Assembly: GCF_017876815.1 (NCBI RefSeq)
Contig: NZ_JAGIOS010000001.1
Span: 1,140,001-1,172,000 of the forward strand
Length of the DNA stretch: 32,000 bases
Direction of reading: 5' to 3'
Source: Sinorhizobium meliloti
Lineage (GTDB): Bacteria; Pseudomonadota; Alphaproteobacteria; Rhizobiales; Rhizobiaceae
Part shown: one piece after another, positions 7,210 to 15,006 of the stretch
Layout of the letters: the number at the start of each line of letters is the position of its first letter
Position numbering within the stretch: position 1 is the stretch's first letter
Notes under the pieces: generated by a model
Seen by the model: only the letters and a program-made list of their open reading frames with translations
The model's database searches: none
Told to the model about the DNA's origin: nothing
Position numbers and translations under genes: made by a program

Positions 7210-9135
7210 TCAGGCCGACCGCTTACGGTCGTCTTCGTCCTTGACTTCCTCGTAGTCGGCGTCGACCACGTCATCGCCGGAGCGCTTGGCGTCGGCGGCG
7301 GCATCCGCATGGGCGGCGTCCGTCTGCTGAGCCTCATAGATCGCCTGACCGAGCTTCATGGAGACTTCCATGAGGGTATTGGTCTTGGCCTTGATGTCCT
7401 CGGCGTCCGGCTCGGAAACTTCGACGGCGCTCTTGAGCGCTGCGATTGCATCCTCGATCGCCTTACGGTCCGTCTCGGAAACCTTGTCGCCATGTTCCTG
7501 GAGCGACTTCTCCGAAGAATGGACCAGGCTTTCGGCCTGGTTCTTGGCCTCTACGCCTTCGCGGCGCTTCTTGTCGGCTTCCGCATTGGCTTCGGCATCC
7601 TTGACCATCTTCTCGATCTCGGCGTCGGAAAGACCACCGGAGGCCTGGATGCGGATCTGGTGCTCCTTGCCTGTGCCCTTGTCCTTGGCGGACACCTGCA
7701 CGATGCCGTTCGCATCGATGTCGAACGTGACCTCGATCTGCGGCACGCCGCGCGGTGCCGGCGGAATGCCGACGAGATCGAACTGGCCGAGCAGCTTGTT
7801 GTCGGCCGCCATTTCACGCTCGCCCTGCGAGACGCGGATCGTCACGGCGGACTGGTTGTCGTCGGCCGTCGAGAAGACCTGGCTCTTCTTCGTCGGGATC
7901 GTGGTGTTGCGCTCGATCAGGCGGGTGAAGACGCCGCCAAGCGTTTCGATGCCGAGCGATAGCGGGGTGACGTCCAGCAGCAACACGTCCTTGACGTCGC
8001 CCTGCAGAACGCCGGCCTGGATCGCGGCGCCCATGGCAACCACTTCATCCGGGTTGACACCCTTGTGCGGCTCCTTGCCGAAGAGCTGCTTCACCGTCTC
8101 CTGAACCTTCGGCATGCGGGTCATGCCGCCGACGAGAACGACTTCGTCGATCTCGGCAGCCGAAACGCCGGCATCCTTGAGCGCGGCTTTGCAGGGCGCG
8201 ATGGTCTTCTGGATCAGGTCTTCGACCAGGCTCTCGAATTTGGCGCGGGACAGCTTCATCGTCAGGTGCTTCGGACCGGAAGCGTCCGCCGTGATGAACG
8301 GCAGGTTGATTTCGGTCTGCTGCGAGGACGAGAGCTCGATCTTCGCCTTTTCGGCAGCTTCCTTCAGGCGCTGCAGCGCGAGCTTGTCGTTCTTGAGGTC
8401 GATGCCCTGCTCCTTCTTGAACTCGGAGGCAAGATATTCGACGAGGCGCATGTCGAAGTCTTCACCGCCAAGGAAGGTGTCGCCGTTGGTCGACTTCACT
8501 TCGAAGACGCCGTCGCCGATTTCCAGAACCGAGATGTCGAACGTGCCGCCGCCAAGATCGTAGACGGCGATCGTCTTGCCTTCCTTCTTGTCGAGGCCGT
8601 AGGCAAGTGCCGCTGCGGTCGGCTCGTTGATGATGCGCAGCACGTCGAGACCGGCGATCTTGCCGGCATCCTTCGTGGCCTGGCGCTGTGCGTCGTTGAA
8701 GTAGGCCGGAACGGTGATGACGGCCTTTTCGACCTTTTCACCGAGATAGGACTCGGCCGTTTCCTTCATCTTCTGAAGGATCATCGCGGAGATCTGCGAC
8801 GGAGAGTAGCTGGTGCCGTGGGCTTCGACCCAGGCGTCGCCATTGTCGGCCTTGACGATCTTGTAGGGGACCATCCCCTTGTCCTTCTGGGTCGTGGGAT
8901 CCTCGAAGGTGCGGCCGATCAGGCGCTTGATCGCAAAAAGCGTGTTTTCTGGATTGGTCACCGCCTGGCGCTTGGCCGGCTGGCCGACGAGACGTTCGCC
9001 GTCTTCGGTGAATGCCACCATGGAGGGGGTCGTGCGCGCGCCCTCCGCGTTCTCGATCACCTTCGCGTCCTTGCCGTCCATGACGGAGACGCAGGAGTTG
9101 GTCGTTCCCAGGTCAATACCAATAACTTTAGCCAT
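7210..9135 (-). CDS. dnaK: Molecular chaperone DnaK (Hsp70)
   Basis: The 641-aa protein has the Hsp70 signatures GIDLGTTNS and DLGGGTFD and an acidic C-terminal tail. An AAGGAGAG RBS lies upstream. Confidence 0.98.
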   Translation of the reverse strand: MAKVIGIDLGTTNSCVSVMDGKDAKVIENAEGARTTPSMVAFTEDGERLVGQPAKRQAVTNPENTLFAIKRLIGRTFEDPTTQKDKGMVPYKIVKADNGDAWVEAHGTSYSPSQISAMILQKMKETAESYLGEKVEKAVITVPAYFNDAQRQATKDAGKIAGLDVLRIINEPTAAALAYGLDKKEGKTIAVYDLGGGTFDISVLEIGDGVFEVKSTNGDTFLGGEDFDMRLVEYLASEFKKEQGIDLKNDKLALQRLKEAAEKAKIELSSSQQTEINLPFITADASGPKHLTMKLSRAKFESLVEDLIQKTIAPCKAALKDAGVSAAEIDEVVLVGGMTRMPKVQETVKQLFGKEPHKGVNPDEVVAMGAAIQAGVLQGDVKDVLLLDVTPLSLGIETLGGVFTRLIERNTTIPTKKSQVFSTADDNQSAVTIRVSQGEREMAADNKLLGQFDLVGIPPAPRGVPQIEVTFDIDANGIVQVSAKDKGTGKEHQIRIQASGGLSDAEIEKMVKDAEANAEADKKRREGVEAKNQAESLVHSSEKSLQEHGDKVSETDRKAIEDAIAALKSAVEVSEPDAEDIKAKTNTLMEVSMKLGQAIYEAQQTDAAHADAAADAKRSGDDVVDADYEEVKDEDDRKRSA

Positions 9136-9245
9136 GTCGTTCTCTCCTTGCAGCGGACTGTCGGAACCCGGTCAGGCATTCGTGGGACAGCCCCTAACGG
9201 GATGGTCTTTGTGTCTCATCGCAGCCGCGGCTGCATCGATGCGGC

Positions 9246-9276
9246 GTATATAAGGACCGGCGTTTCGGACTGCAAG
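9246..9276 (-). promoter_or_regulatory. Candidate RpoH (sigma-32) heat-shock promoter of dnaK
   Basis: The minus strand reads CTTG(cag)-N17-CCTTATATAC. This matches the alpha-proteobacterial RpoH consensus CTTG-N17-CYTATNT. It sits about 100 nt upstream of the dnaK ATG. Confidence 0.6.
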
Positions 9277-9351
9277 GCATTCTGCGGGGGGATCGACGGC
9301 AAATGCAAGCCGTCTTCCACAAACACCCGGCGGCGGCCCGCTGCCGCTGGT

Positions 9352-11613
9352 TCAGCCGCCGGTCAGCAGGTCGAACAGCGTCGTTCGGCGGGTTCCACCG
9401 GTGGTCTCTCCGACGCCGGCCGGCGGGATTGGCCCTCCGGCCTGTTCTGCAGGCCGGACCTGATCGACGGCGGCCATGCCGTCCATGCTTTCGACGCCGT
9501 CCATGCCTGCCGGACGCTCGGGGAAGACATCGGGACTACCCGCGTCGAAGCCATCGGCCGGCATTTCGCCGGCAGCAGCGATGCCGCCCTCGTCAAAGAC
9601 CGGCTGCACGCCCGTCGTGCCGAAGAGCGGCGAGGGCGAAAGGCCCTCATGCGCCGCAACCATGAAATCGTGCCAGGCCCTGGCGGGAAGGCCGCCGCCG
9701 GTGACCTTTTTCATAAATTTTCCGTCGTCGTTGCCGAACCAGATGCCGGTCGCGAGGTTGGAGGTGTAGCCGACGAACAGCGCGTCGCGGAAGGACTGCG
9801 TCGTTCCGGTCTTCCCTGCCGCCTCCCAGCCCGGCAGGCGCGCATTTTTGCCGGTGCCGTCCGTCAGCACGCGCACCATCATACGGTTCATCTCGCTGAC
9901 GATCGCCGGATCGAGCACCCGCGGCGGGTTGTCGTAGGTGTTTTCGTAAAGCACGGTGCCATCGGCGGTGGAGATGCGCCGGATGACGTGCGGCGTCGCC
10001 TTGAAGCCGCCATTCATGAAGGGCGCATAGGAGGACGTCAGCTCCACCAGCGTCACTTCCGACGTGCCGAGCGCGATCGATGCATTGGCCTGCATGTCGG
10101 AATCTATGCCCAGCCGGTGCGCGAGCTTGACCACGTTCTGCGGCCCGACCTCCATCACGAGCTGGGCGGCGATGGTGTTCAGCGAATTGGCGAGCGCATC
10201 GGCGAGCGTCACCTCGCCGCGGTACTTCTGATCGTAGTTCTCAGGTGTCCAGTTGCCGATCCGGACCGGCGCGTCGTTGCGCACGGACATCGGCGTGCGG
10301 CCGATCTCGAGCGCCGCCGCATACACGAAGGGCTTGAAGGCCGAGCCCGGCTGGCGCTTCGCCTTGGAGGCGCGGTCGAACTGGCTTTCGGCATAGTCCC
10401 TGCCGCCGACGAGCGCCCGGATGGCGCCTGTGCCGTCGATCGAGACGAGCGCCGCCTGGGAGGCGTTGAGCTTGCCGCCTTCGGTCTCGAGCCTCTCGGC
10501 GAGCACCTCCTCCGCCTTCTTCTCGAGCGTAAGGTCGATGGTCGTATCGATGACGAGATCTTGCGTGACTTCGCCGATCATGCCGGGGACCTGGTCCATC
10601 ACCATGTCGGCGACATAGTGCTCGGCGCCGGACCAGAAGCTCTTTGCCCGTGTCGGTGCCTGCGACATGGCCGTCTTGATCTCGGAATCGCTGATGAAGC
10701 CTTCCTCGCGCATTGCGCCGAGCACGAGCTGTGCGCGCTCCTCCGCCGCTTCGGGGTCTCGGGCCGGCGACAGCCGTGAAGGAGCCTTCAGAAGGCCCGC
10801 GAGCAGCGCCGCTTCGCCGAGATTGACGTCGCGCGCCGACTTGTTGAAGTAGCGCCGCGAGGCCGCCTCGACGCCATAGGCGTTCGACCCGAAGAAGACG
10901 CGGTTGAGATACATCGCCAGGATCTGGTCCTTGGTGTATTTCTGCTCCAGCCAAAAGGCGAGCAGCACCTCCTGCACCTTGCGCTCCAGCGTCCGCTCCG
11001 GCGAGAGAAACAGGTTCTTGGCAAGCTGCTGGGTGAGCGTGGAGCCGCCCTGGACCATGCGGCCGCTCATGACGTTCGTGAGCATGGCGCGCGCCAGCCC
11101 CAGCGGATCGACTCCGAAGTGCGAATAGAAGCGGCGATCCTCGATGGCGATCACCGCCTGCGGGATATAGGGCGACATGTCTTCGAGAGCGACCGCCTCG
11201 CCGCCGGTCGCGCCCCTGTTGGCGATTATGTCGCCATTCGCCGCGAGAATCTTGACGTTGGGCGGCCGTTCGGGGATCGACCAGCTCGTCGCGCTCGGCA
11301 TGCGCGCGCCGTAATAGAGCACGAGCCCGCCGACGCCGATCGCACCCCATATGCCGAGCACGACGCACCAATAGGCGAGCCGCCGGACGAGGCCGAAGAA
11401 CCCGCCGCCGGAACCACTTCTCCCGGAGCCGCGGCCGCCGGCGCGCCTGCCGCGCTTTTCTCGCTTGGCGCCGCGTTCGGGCGACTTGGCGCGCCTCGGC
11501 TTGCTGCCGCCGCCCGCGACGCGATCGCTCGCATCGACGCGCAGGTCGCCGCCGTCGCCGTCGTTACCGCCGAAGGAAGGCTCGATCCGCTGTCCTGATT
11601 TGCCGCTCGCCAT
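9352..11613 (-). CDS. Class A penicillin-binding protein (PBP1A family; transglycosylase + transpeptidase)
   Basis: GT51 motifs are EDRRFYSHFGVDP and GGSTLTQQLAKN. Transpeptidase motifs are SAFKPFVY (SxxK), SLN and KTGTT. The ORF is open to 11745. I chose the ATG at 11613 (MASGKSGQRIEP...), with an alternative at 11655; no candidate start has a clear RBS. Confidence 0.88.
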   Translation of the reverse strand: MASGKSGQRIEPSFGGNDGDGGDLRVDASDRVAGGGSKPRRAKSPERGAKREKRGRRAGGRGSGRSGSGGGFFGLVRRLAYWCVVLGIWGAIGVGGLVLYYGARMPSATSWSIPERPPNVKILAANGDIIANRGATGGEAVALEDMSPYIPQAVIAIEDRRFYSHFGVDPLGLARAMLTNVMSGRMVQGGSTLTQQLAKNLFLSPERTLERKVQEVLLAFWLEQKYTKDQILAMYLNRVFFGSNAYGVEAASRRYFNKSARDVNLGEAALLAGLLKAPSRLSPARDPEAAEERAQLVLGAMREEGFISDSEIKTAMSQAPTRAKSFWSGAEHYVADMVMDQVPGMIGEVTQDLVIDTTIDLTLEKKAEEVLAERLETEGGKLNASQAALVSIDGTGAIRALVGGRDYAESQFDRASKAKRQPGSAFKPFVYAAALEIGRTPMSVRNDAPVRIGNWTPENYDQKYRGEVTLADALANSLNTIAAQLVMEVGPQNVVKLAHRLGIDSDMQANASIALGTSEVTLVELTSSYAPFMNGGFKATPHVIRRISTADGTVLYENTYDNPPRVLDPAIVSEMNRMMVRVLTDGTGKNARLPGWEAAGKTGTTQSFRDALFVGYTSNLATGIWFGNDDGKFMKKVTGGGLPARAWHDFMVAAHEGLSPSPLFGTTGVQPVFDEGGIAAAGEMPADGFDAGSPDVFPERPAGMDGVESMDGMAAVDQVRPAEQAGGPIPPAGVGETTGGTRRTTLFDLLTGG

Positions 11614-11896
11614 GCCGGAAGGAAATATCCCTTTGGGGCCGGACCGGGTGCCCATCGCCCGCAAGCGATCCCGGCCGTGCCGTTGTCGTGCGGGAGGCTC
11701 CACCCCCTCCGCTGGTGCCGATCCGTTGTACTTTAAATGCGGCAATTTAAGGGGGAGTTAAGAGCTCTCTTGCGAAAAAGGCAGATTGTTCAAAACCTTG
11801 CATCGGCGCTGGCTTCCCGGGTCCGGACCTTTGGAAGGCTGAACGCCGTCTTGCATCTGGTGCAATGCTGCAATGCAACATTCGCACTATTACCTC

Positions 11897-12040
11897 AGCG
11901 AGAATGATCTATCCTCCTCCTTGTCGAAGCGCTGTACCTCCTCCCACGGCGCCCGGCATTCGGTCGGTTCACTCCTCCTCCCAGAACCGATCAAGTTTAA
12001 GACCCCGAGCCACCTCCTCCCGGCTCGGGGTCTTTCTGTA
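11897..12040 (+). ncRNA. Candidate trans-acting sRNA with reiterated CCUCCUCCC anti-Shine-Dalgarno motifs (resembles the alpha-r14 / NfeR1-type family)
   Basis: Three hairpins each expose the motif in the loop. Hairpin 1 is GCGCUGU-[ACCUCCUCCC]-ACGGCGC (11929-11952). Hairpin 2 is GGUCGGUUC-[ACUCCUCCUCCCA]-GAACCGAUC (11962-11992). The terminator is GACCCCGAGCC-[ACCUCCUCCC]-GGCUCGGGGUC plus UUUCU (12001-12037). A fourth UCCUCCUCC lies at 11912-11920. The 5' end is a guess, about 7 nt after the CTATTA -10-like hexamer at 11887-11892, and no convincing -35 was found. Confidence 0.65.
12001..12040 (+). terminator. Rho-independent terminator of the candidate sRNA
   Basis: It has an 11-bp perfect GC-rich stem (gaccccgagcc / ggctcggggtc), a 10-nt loop and the U-rich tail tctttctgta. 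Confidence 0.75.
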
Positions 12041-12151
12041 TCTGGCGATGCCTAAAACGCGTGGCGTTCGCGCGACGCGCTTCGGGTCAGGCGAGATGCA
12101 TAGGGCGAAAAACTCGTGGCTGCGGCCGCAAAGCGCGTGTATCACCACCCC

Positions 12152-13039
12152 ATGAGATCCAAGACAAACGGTTACGTCTTCGCGCTTCTGGCGATCGTCA
12201 TCTTCTCGATCCAGGACGGCATCTCGAAGCATCTGGGCGCCATCTACCCGCCGGTCTTCGTGGCAATGATCCGCTACTGGGCCTTTGCCGGGTTCGCTGC
12301 GGCCATCGCGGCGCGGGCGCCAGGCGGTTTTGCCGCGACCGCGGTGACGAGAAAGCCGCTCATTCAGCTCCTGCGGGGCGTCCTGTTGCCCGTGCAGATC
12401 GTCGTGGTGATCACGTCCTTCACCATCGTCGGGCTGGCGCATTCGCAGGCGATCCTCGCCGCCACCCCGCTCTTCGTGGCGCTCCTGTCGATGCCGCTGC
12501 TCGGCGAACGGGTCGGATGGCGGCGCTGGTCGGCGATTGCCGTCGGACTCCTCGGCGTTCTTCTGATCCTGAGGCCGGAAGACGGCTCGTTCGACCTGAA
12601 CTTTCTGCTGCCGCTGGCCGCAGCCGTGATGTTCGCCTTCTATGTCATCACCACCAGGCTTGCCAGCCGTGAGGACTCGGCGATGACCAGCTTCTTCTAC
12701 ACCGGCATCGTCGGTGCCTTCGCGATCAGTCTCGTCGGGCCCTTCTTCTGGGCGACGCTTTCGGGGGCGGACTGGGTCTGGATGGTGCTGCTCTGCATCA
12801 CCGGCACGTCGAGCCATTATTTTCTGATCCGCGCCTACGACATGCTCGATGCCGCCGCGGTTCAGCCGCTTACCTACCTGCAGCTCGTCTTCGCCTCCAT
12901 CATGGGGGTGACCATCTTCGGCGAGACGCTGACGACTGGCATGATCATCGGCTCGGTGCTGGTGGTCGCCGCCGGCATCTTCACCCTCTGGCGCGAGCAT
13001 GTCGTCGGCCGGCAGAAATCCCGCCTGCCGCCGCGGTAA
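12152..13039 (+). CDS. EamA/DMT family transporter
   Basis: The ORF 12116..13039 starts at a GTG, so I prefer the ATG at 12152 (MRSKTNGYVFALLAIVIFS...). It has about 10 predicted TM helices and the duplicated EamA architecture. Confidence 0.88.
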   Translation: MRSKTNGYVFALLAIVIFSIQDGISKHLGAIYPPVFVAMIRYWAFAGFAAAIAARAPGGFAATAVTRKPLIQLLRGVLLPVQIVVVITSFTIVGLAHSQAILAATPLFVALLSMPLLGERVGWRRWSAIAVGLLGVLLILRPEDGSFDLNFLLPLAAAVMFAFYVITTRLASREDSAMTSFFYTGIVGAFAISLVGPFFWATLSGADWVWMVLLCITGTSSHYFLIRAYDMLDAAAVQPLTYLQLVFASIMGVTIFGETLTTGMIIGSVLVVAAGIFTLWREHVVGRQKSRLPPR

Positions 13040-13137
13040 GGTCTTCTCCTTCGACTCAAAATCGTCGGGTTCGTGCCGGACACTCGCGATCGCGCCGGCT
13101 TCTCGGCCGGCGGGCTCGTCGTTCGAAAGGAGAGAGT

Positions 13138-13629
13138 ATGAGGATTCGCTGCACCGCGCTGATTGCCCTTGCCGCCCTTGCCGCGCAGGGTATCGAGGCC
13201 AGGGCACAGGAAGAATTCCCCTATGTCGACGACCGCTCCGACGGCGCGGCGCTCGTCCGCTCGCTCTACAACGCGATCAATCGGAAGGAATATGCCAGAG
13301 CCTACGGCTACTTCGGCGCGTCGAGGCCCGTCGGCGAATTCAAAGCCTTCGCGGACGGTTACGCGAAGACGGTGTCAGTGGAAGCGAAGTTCGGCAAGGT
13401 CCTCACGGAGGGCGCTGCCGGCAGCATCTATTCTGCCGTTCCGGTCGCGATCAAATCCATCGAAGAAGGCGGAAAGGCCCGCTTCTTCTCCGGCTGTTAC
13501 GTGACGAGGATCATCAATCCGTCGCTGCAGGTGCCGCCCTTCACGCCCTATCAGATCGAGACGGCGCGGCTCGACGAAGCCGAAGGCCCCATCGAGGAGG
13601 CGATCCCCGCCACCTGCAACGTCCCCTGA
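13138..13629 (+). CDS. Hypothetical secreted/periplasmic protein
   Basis: A strong RBS, AAAGGAGAGAGT, precedes the ATG. The N-terminal signal peptide is MRIRCTALIALAALAAQGIEARAQ. Codon usage looks coding-like. I do not recognise the family. Confidence 0.7.
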   Translation: MRIRCTALIALAALAAQGIEARAQEEFPYVDDRSDGAALVRSLYNAINRKEYARAYGYFGASRPVGEFKAFADGYAKTVSVEAKFGKVLTEGAAGSIYSAVPVAIKSIEEGGKARFFSGCYVTRIINPSLQVPPFTPYQIETARLDEAEGPIEEAIPATCNVP

Positions 13630-13695
13630 TGCCTCGAGCAATTCCGGGAAAAGTGCGTAGCGGTTTGCTGGAGGCGCTCTAGCACAATCGAAACC

Positions 13696-14643
13696 CTACG
13701 GCTCCTTCGCGCCACGCTCGGCCAGAAAGCGGGAATGCTCGAAGACGAGGATGACGACGAGCGCCATCACGAAAGGCACGAGGAGGTAGAGCAGCCGGAA
13801 AATGGCAAGCGCGGCCAGAACGTCGGCCGGATCCATTTCCGGCAGCGCCGCGATGAAGACGAACTCAAGCACACCGATTCCGCCCGGCGCATGGGAGAGC
13901 AGCGCAGCGGAGAAGGATGCGAGGAAGATGCCCAGAATGACCACATAGCCGGGATTGCCGGCTTCCGGCAGCGCGAAATAGATGATGCCGGCAGCGCCCA
14001 GGAGCTCGACGGGGGCTATGATCAATTGCCTAAGCACGATGGAGGGCCGCGGGTAATGTAGCTGAAACCAGCGCGTGCGCAGCGGCCGCATGCCGACCAG
14101 GCTGCCGAGGACGTAGAGCGCGATGAGCGCGAGAATGAGGCAGCCCGTCGTCAACGACATTTCGATCGGCAGGAACTCCGAAAATCTCTCGATGATATTC
14201 GGCCTCAGGAGCAGCACGATGGCCGAGAGCATCAGCGTGCCGAGCGTGAAGGTGAAGGAGCAGAAGGCGACGAGCACGCCCACCTCTCCGGGCGTCAGGC
14301 CCTTCGACCGATAGGCGCGGTAGCGCACCACCGCGCCGGAAAAAACGGAGGCGCCGAGATTGTGCGAAAGCGCATAGGTGGTGAACGAGCAGAGGGTGAT
14401 GAACCACAGCGAGATGCGGTGGCCGAGATGATCGAGCGCCAGCCGGTCATAGGCGGCAAGCGCCGCATAGGCGACAAGCGTCGAACCGATCGCGAGCAGC
14501 CAGCTTTCGAGCGATATGGCCTGGAAGCTCGCCAGGAATTCGTTGAGAGACAGGCCGCGCAGTTCATCGACGAGCGCGCGCACCGAAATCAAAATCGCCG
14601 CCAGCCCGACGACGGGCCAGAAATATGCCTTGAGCCGTTTCAT
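13696..14643 (-). CDS. UPF0104 / YbhN-like (lysylphosphatidylglycerol synthase TM-region) family membrane protein
   Basis: The 315-aa polytopic protein (MKRLKAYFWPVVGLAAILI...) has the hydrophobic pattern and size typical of flippase-like UPF0104 proteins. The family call is from memory. Confidence 0.8.
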   Translation of the reverse strand: MKRLKAYFWPVVGLAAILISVRALVDELRGLSLNEFLASFQAISLESWLLAIGSTLVAYAALAAYDRLALDHLGHRISLWFITLCSFTTYALSHNLGASVFSGAVVRYRAYRSKGLTPGEVGVLVAFCSFTFTLGTLMLSAIVLLLRPNIIERFSEFLPIEMSLTTGCLILALIALYVLGSLVGMRPLRTRWFQLHYPRPSIVLRQLIIAPVELLGAAGIIYFALPEAGNPGYVVILGIFLASFSAALLSHAPGGIGVLEFVFIAALPEMDPADVLAALAIFRLLYLLVPFVMALVVILVFEHSRFLAERGAKEP

Positions 14644-15006
14644 ACCGGGGCTTCTGCGCGATTCCCCGGCGGAAATCGATTTACAAGCGAAGTGTCGCGG
14701 CGATGCGCGTGTCCATCAGCAGCGGCCGGTTGGAGGCACGCCAAGCGCATCGCGGTTCTGCCGAGGTGGCGATGCCCATTCTGCGTATTGAAAGAAACAT
14801 GCTCGGGACGACGCGTCCCGATCCTTGCACTTGCCAACAGCCCATTTCCCACTTTGATTTGTTTTCAAAAAGGGAAGCATCCCAAGGCAGGCAGGTCAAG
14901 CAAAGTCGACTTGATATCCGTCGAGCGGGTGCGATTTGTCATTCAGGGCTGACGGCGGTGGACAATGGCCGAACGGTGTTCACCATAGCCCCCCGCCTGC
15001 AATGCC

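Noticed and set aside
8065-10779. A 904-aa plus-strand ORF spanning the antisense of dnaK, the dnaK promoter region and the PBP gene.
   Set aside because: It lies opposite two unmistakable conserved genes. Its composition is Arg/Gly/Ala/Asp-rich and low in complexity, as is typical of antisense frames in high-GC DNA where stop codons are rare. It has no RBS or family motif. The same reasoning applies to 881..1795, 2890..4002, 4126..5058, 4589..5422, 7072..7962, 11969..13207, 15058..16434, 17320..18363, 19285..20427, 20527..21600, 22756..24066, 24292..25122, 25119..26000, 25352..26050 and 29312..31198.
11733-11750. TTAA...TTAA upstream of the PBP gene, considered as a possible CtrA box.
   Set aside because: The spacing is 10 nt, not the 7 nt required by the TTAA-N7-TTAA consensus. 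The same applies to the TTAA-N10-TTAA core of the 44-bp palindrome.
11912-12021. The regularly recurring CCTCCTCC motif, considered as a possible CRISPR or minisatellite array.
   Set aside because: The units are only 9 nt. Spacings are irregular (25, 37 and 39 nt). The flanks form unique hairpins and no cas genes are present. This is not a CRISPR architecture.
11865-12155. A 96-aa plus-strand ORF covering the CCTCCTCC repeats (it would encode Pro/Ser-rich runs).
   Set aside because: It has no RBS and an implausible composition. It also reads straight through three stable hairpins and a terminator. The repeats are better explained as the loop motifs of an sRNA.
14821-14838. TGGCAA on the minus strand, considered as the -24 element of a sigma-54 promoter for the UPF0104 gene.
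   Set aside because: There is no TTGC -12 element at the required 5-nt spacing.
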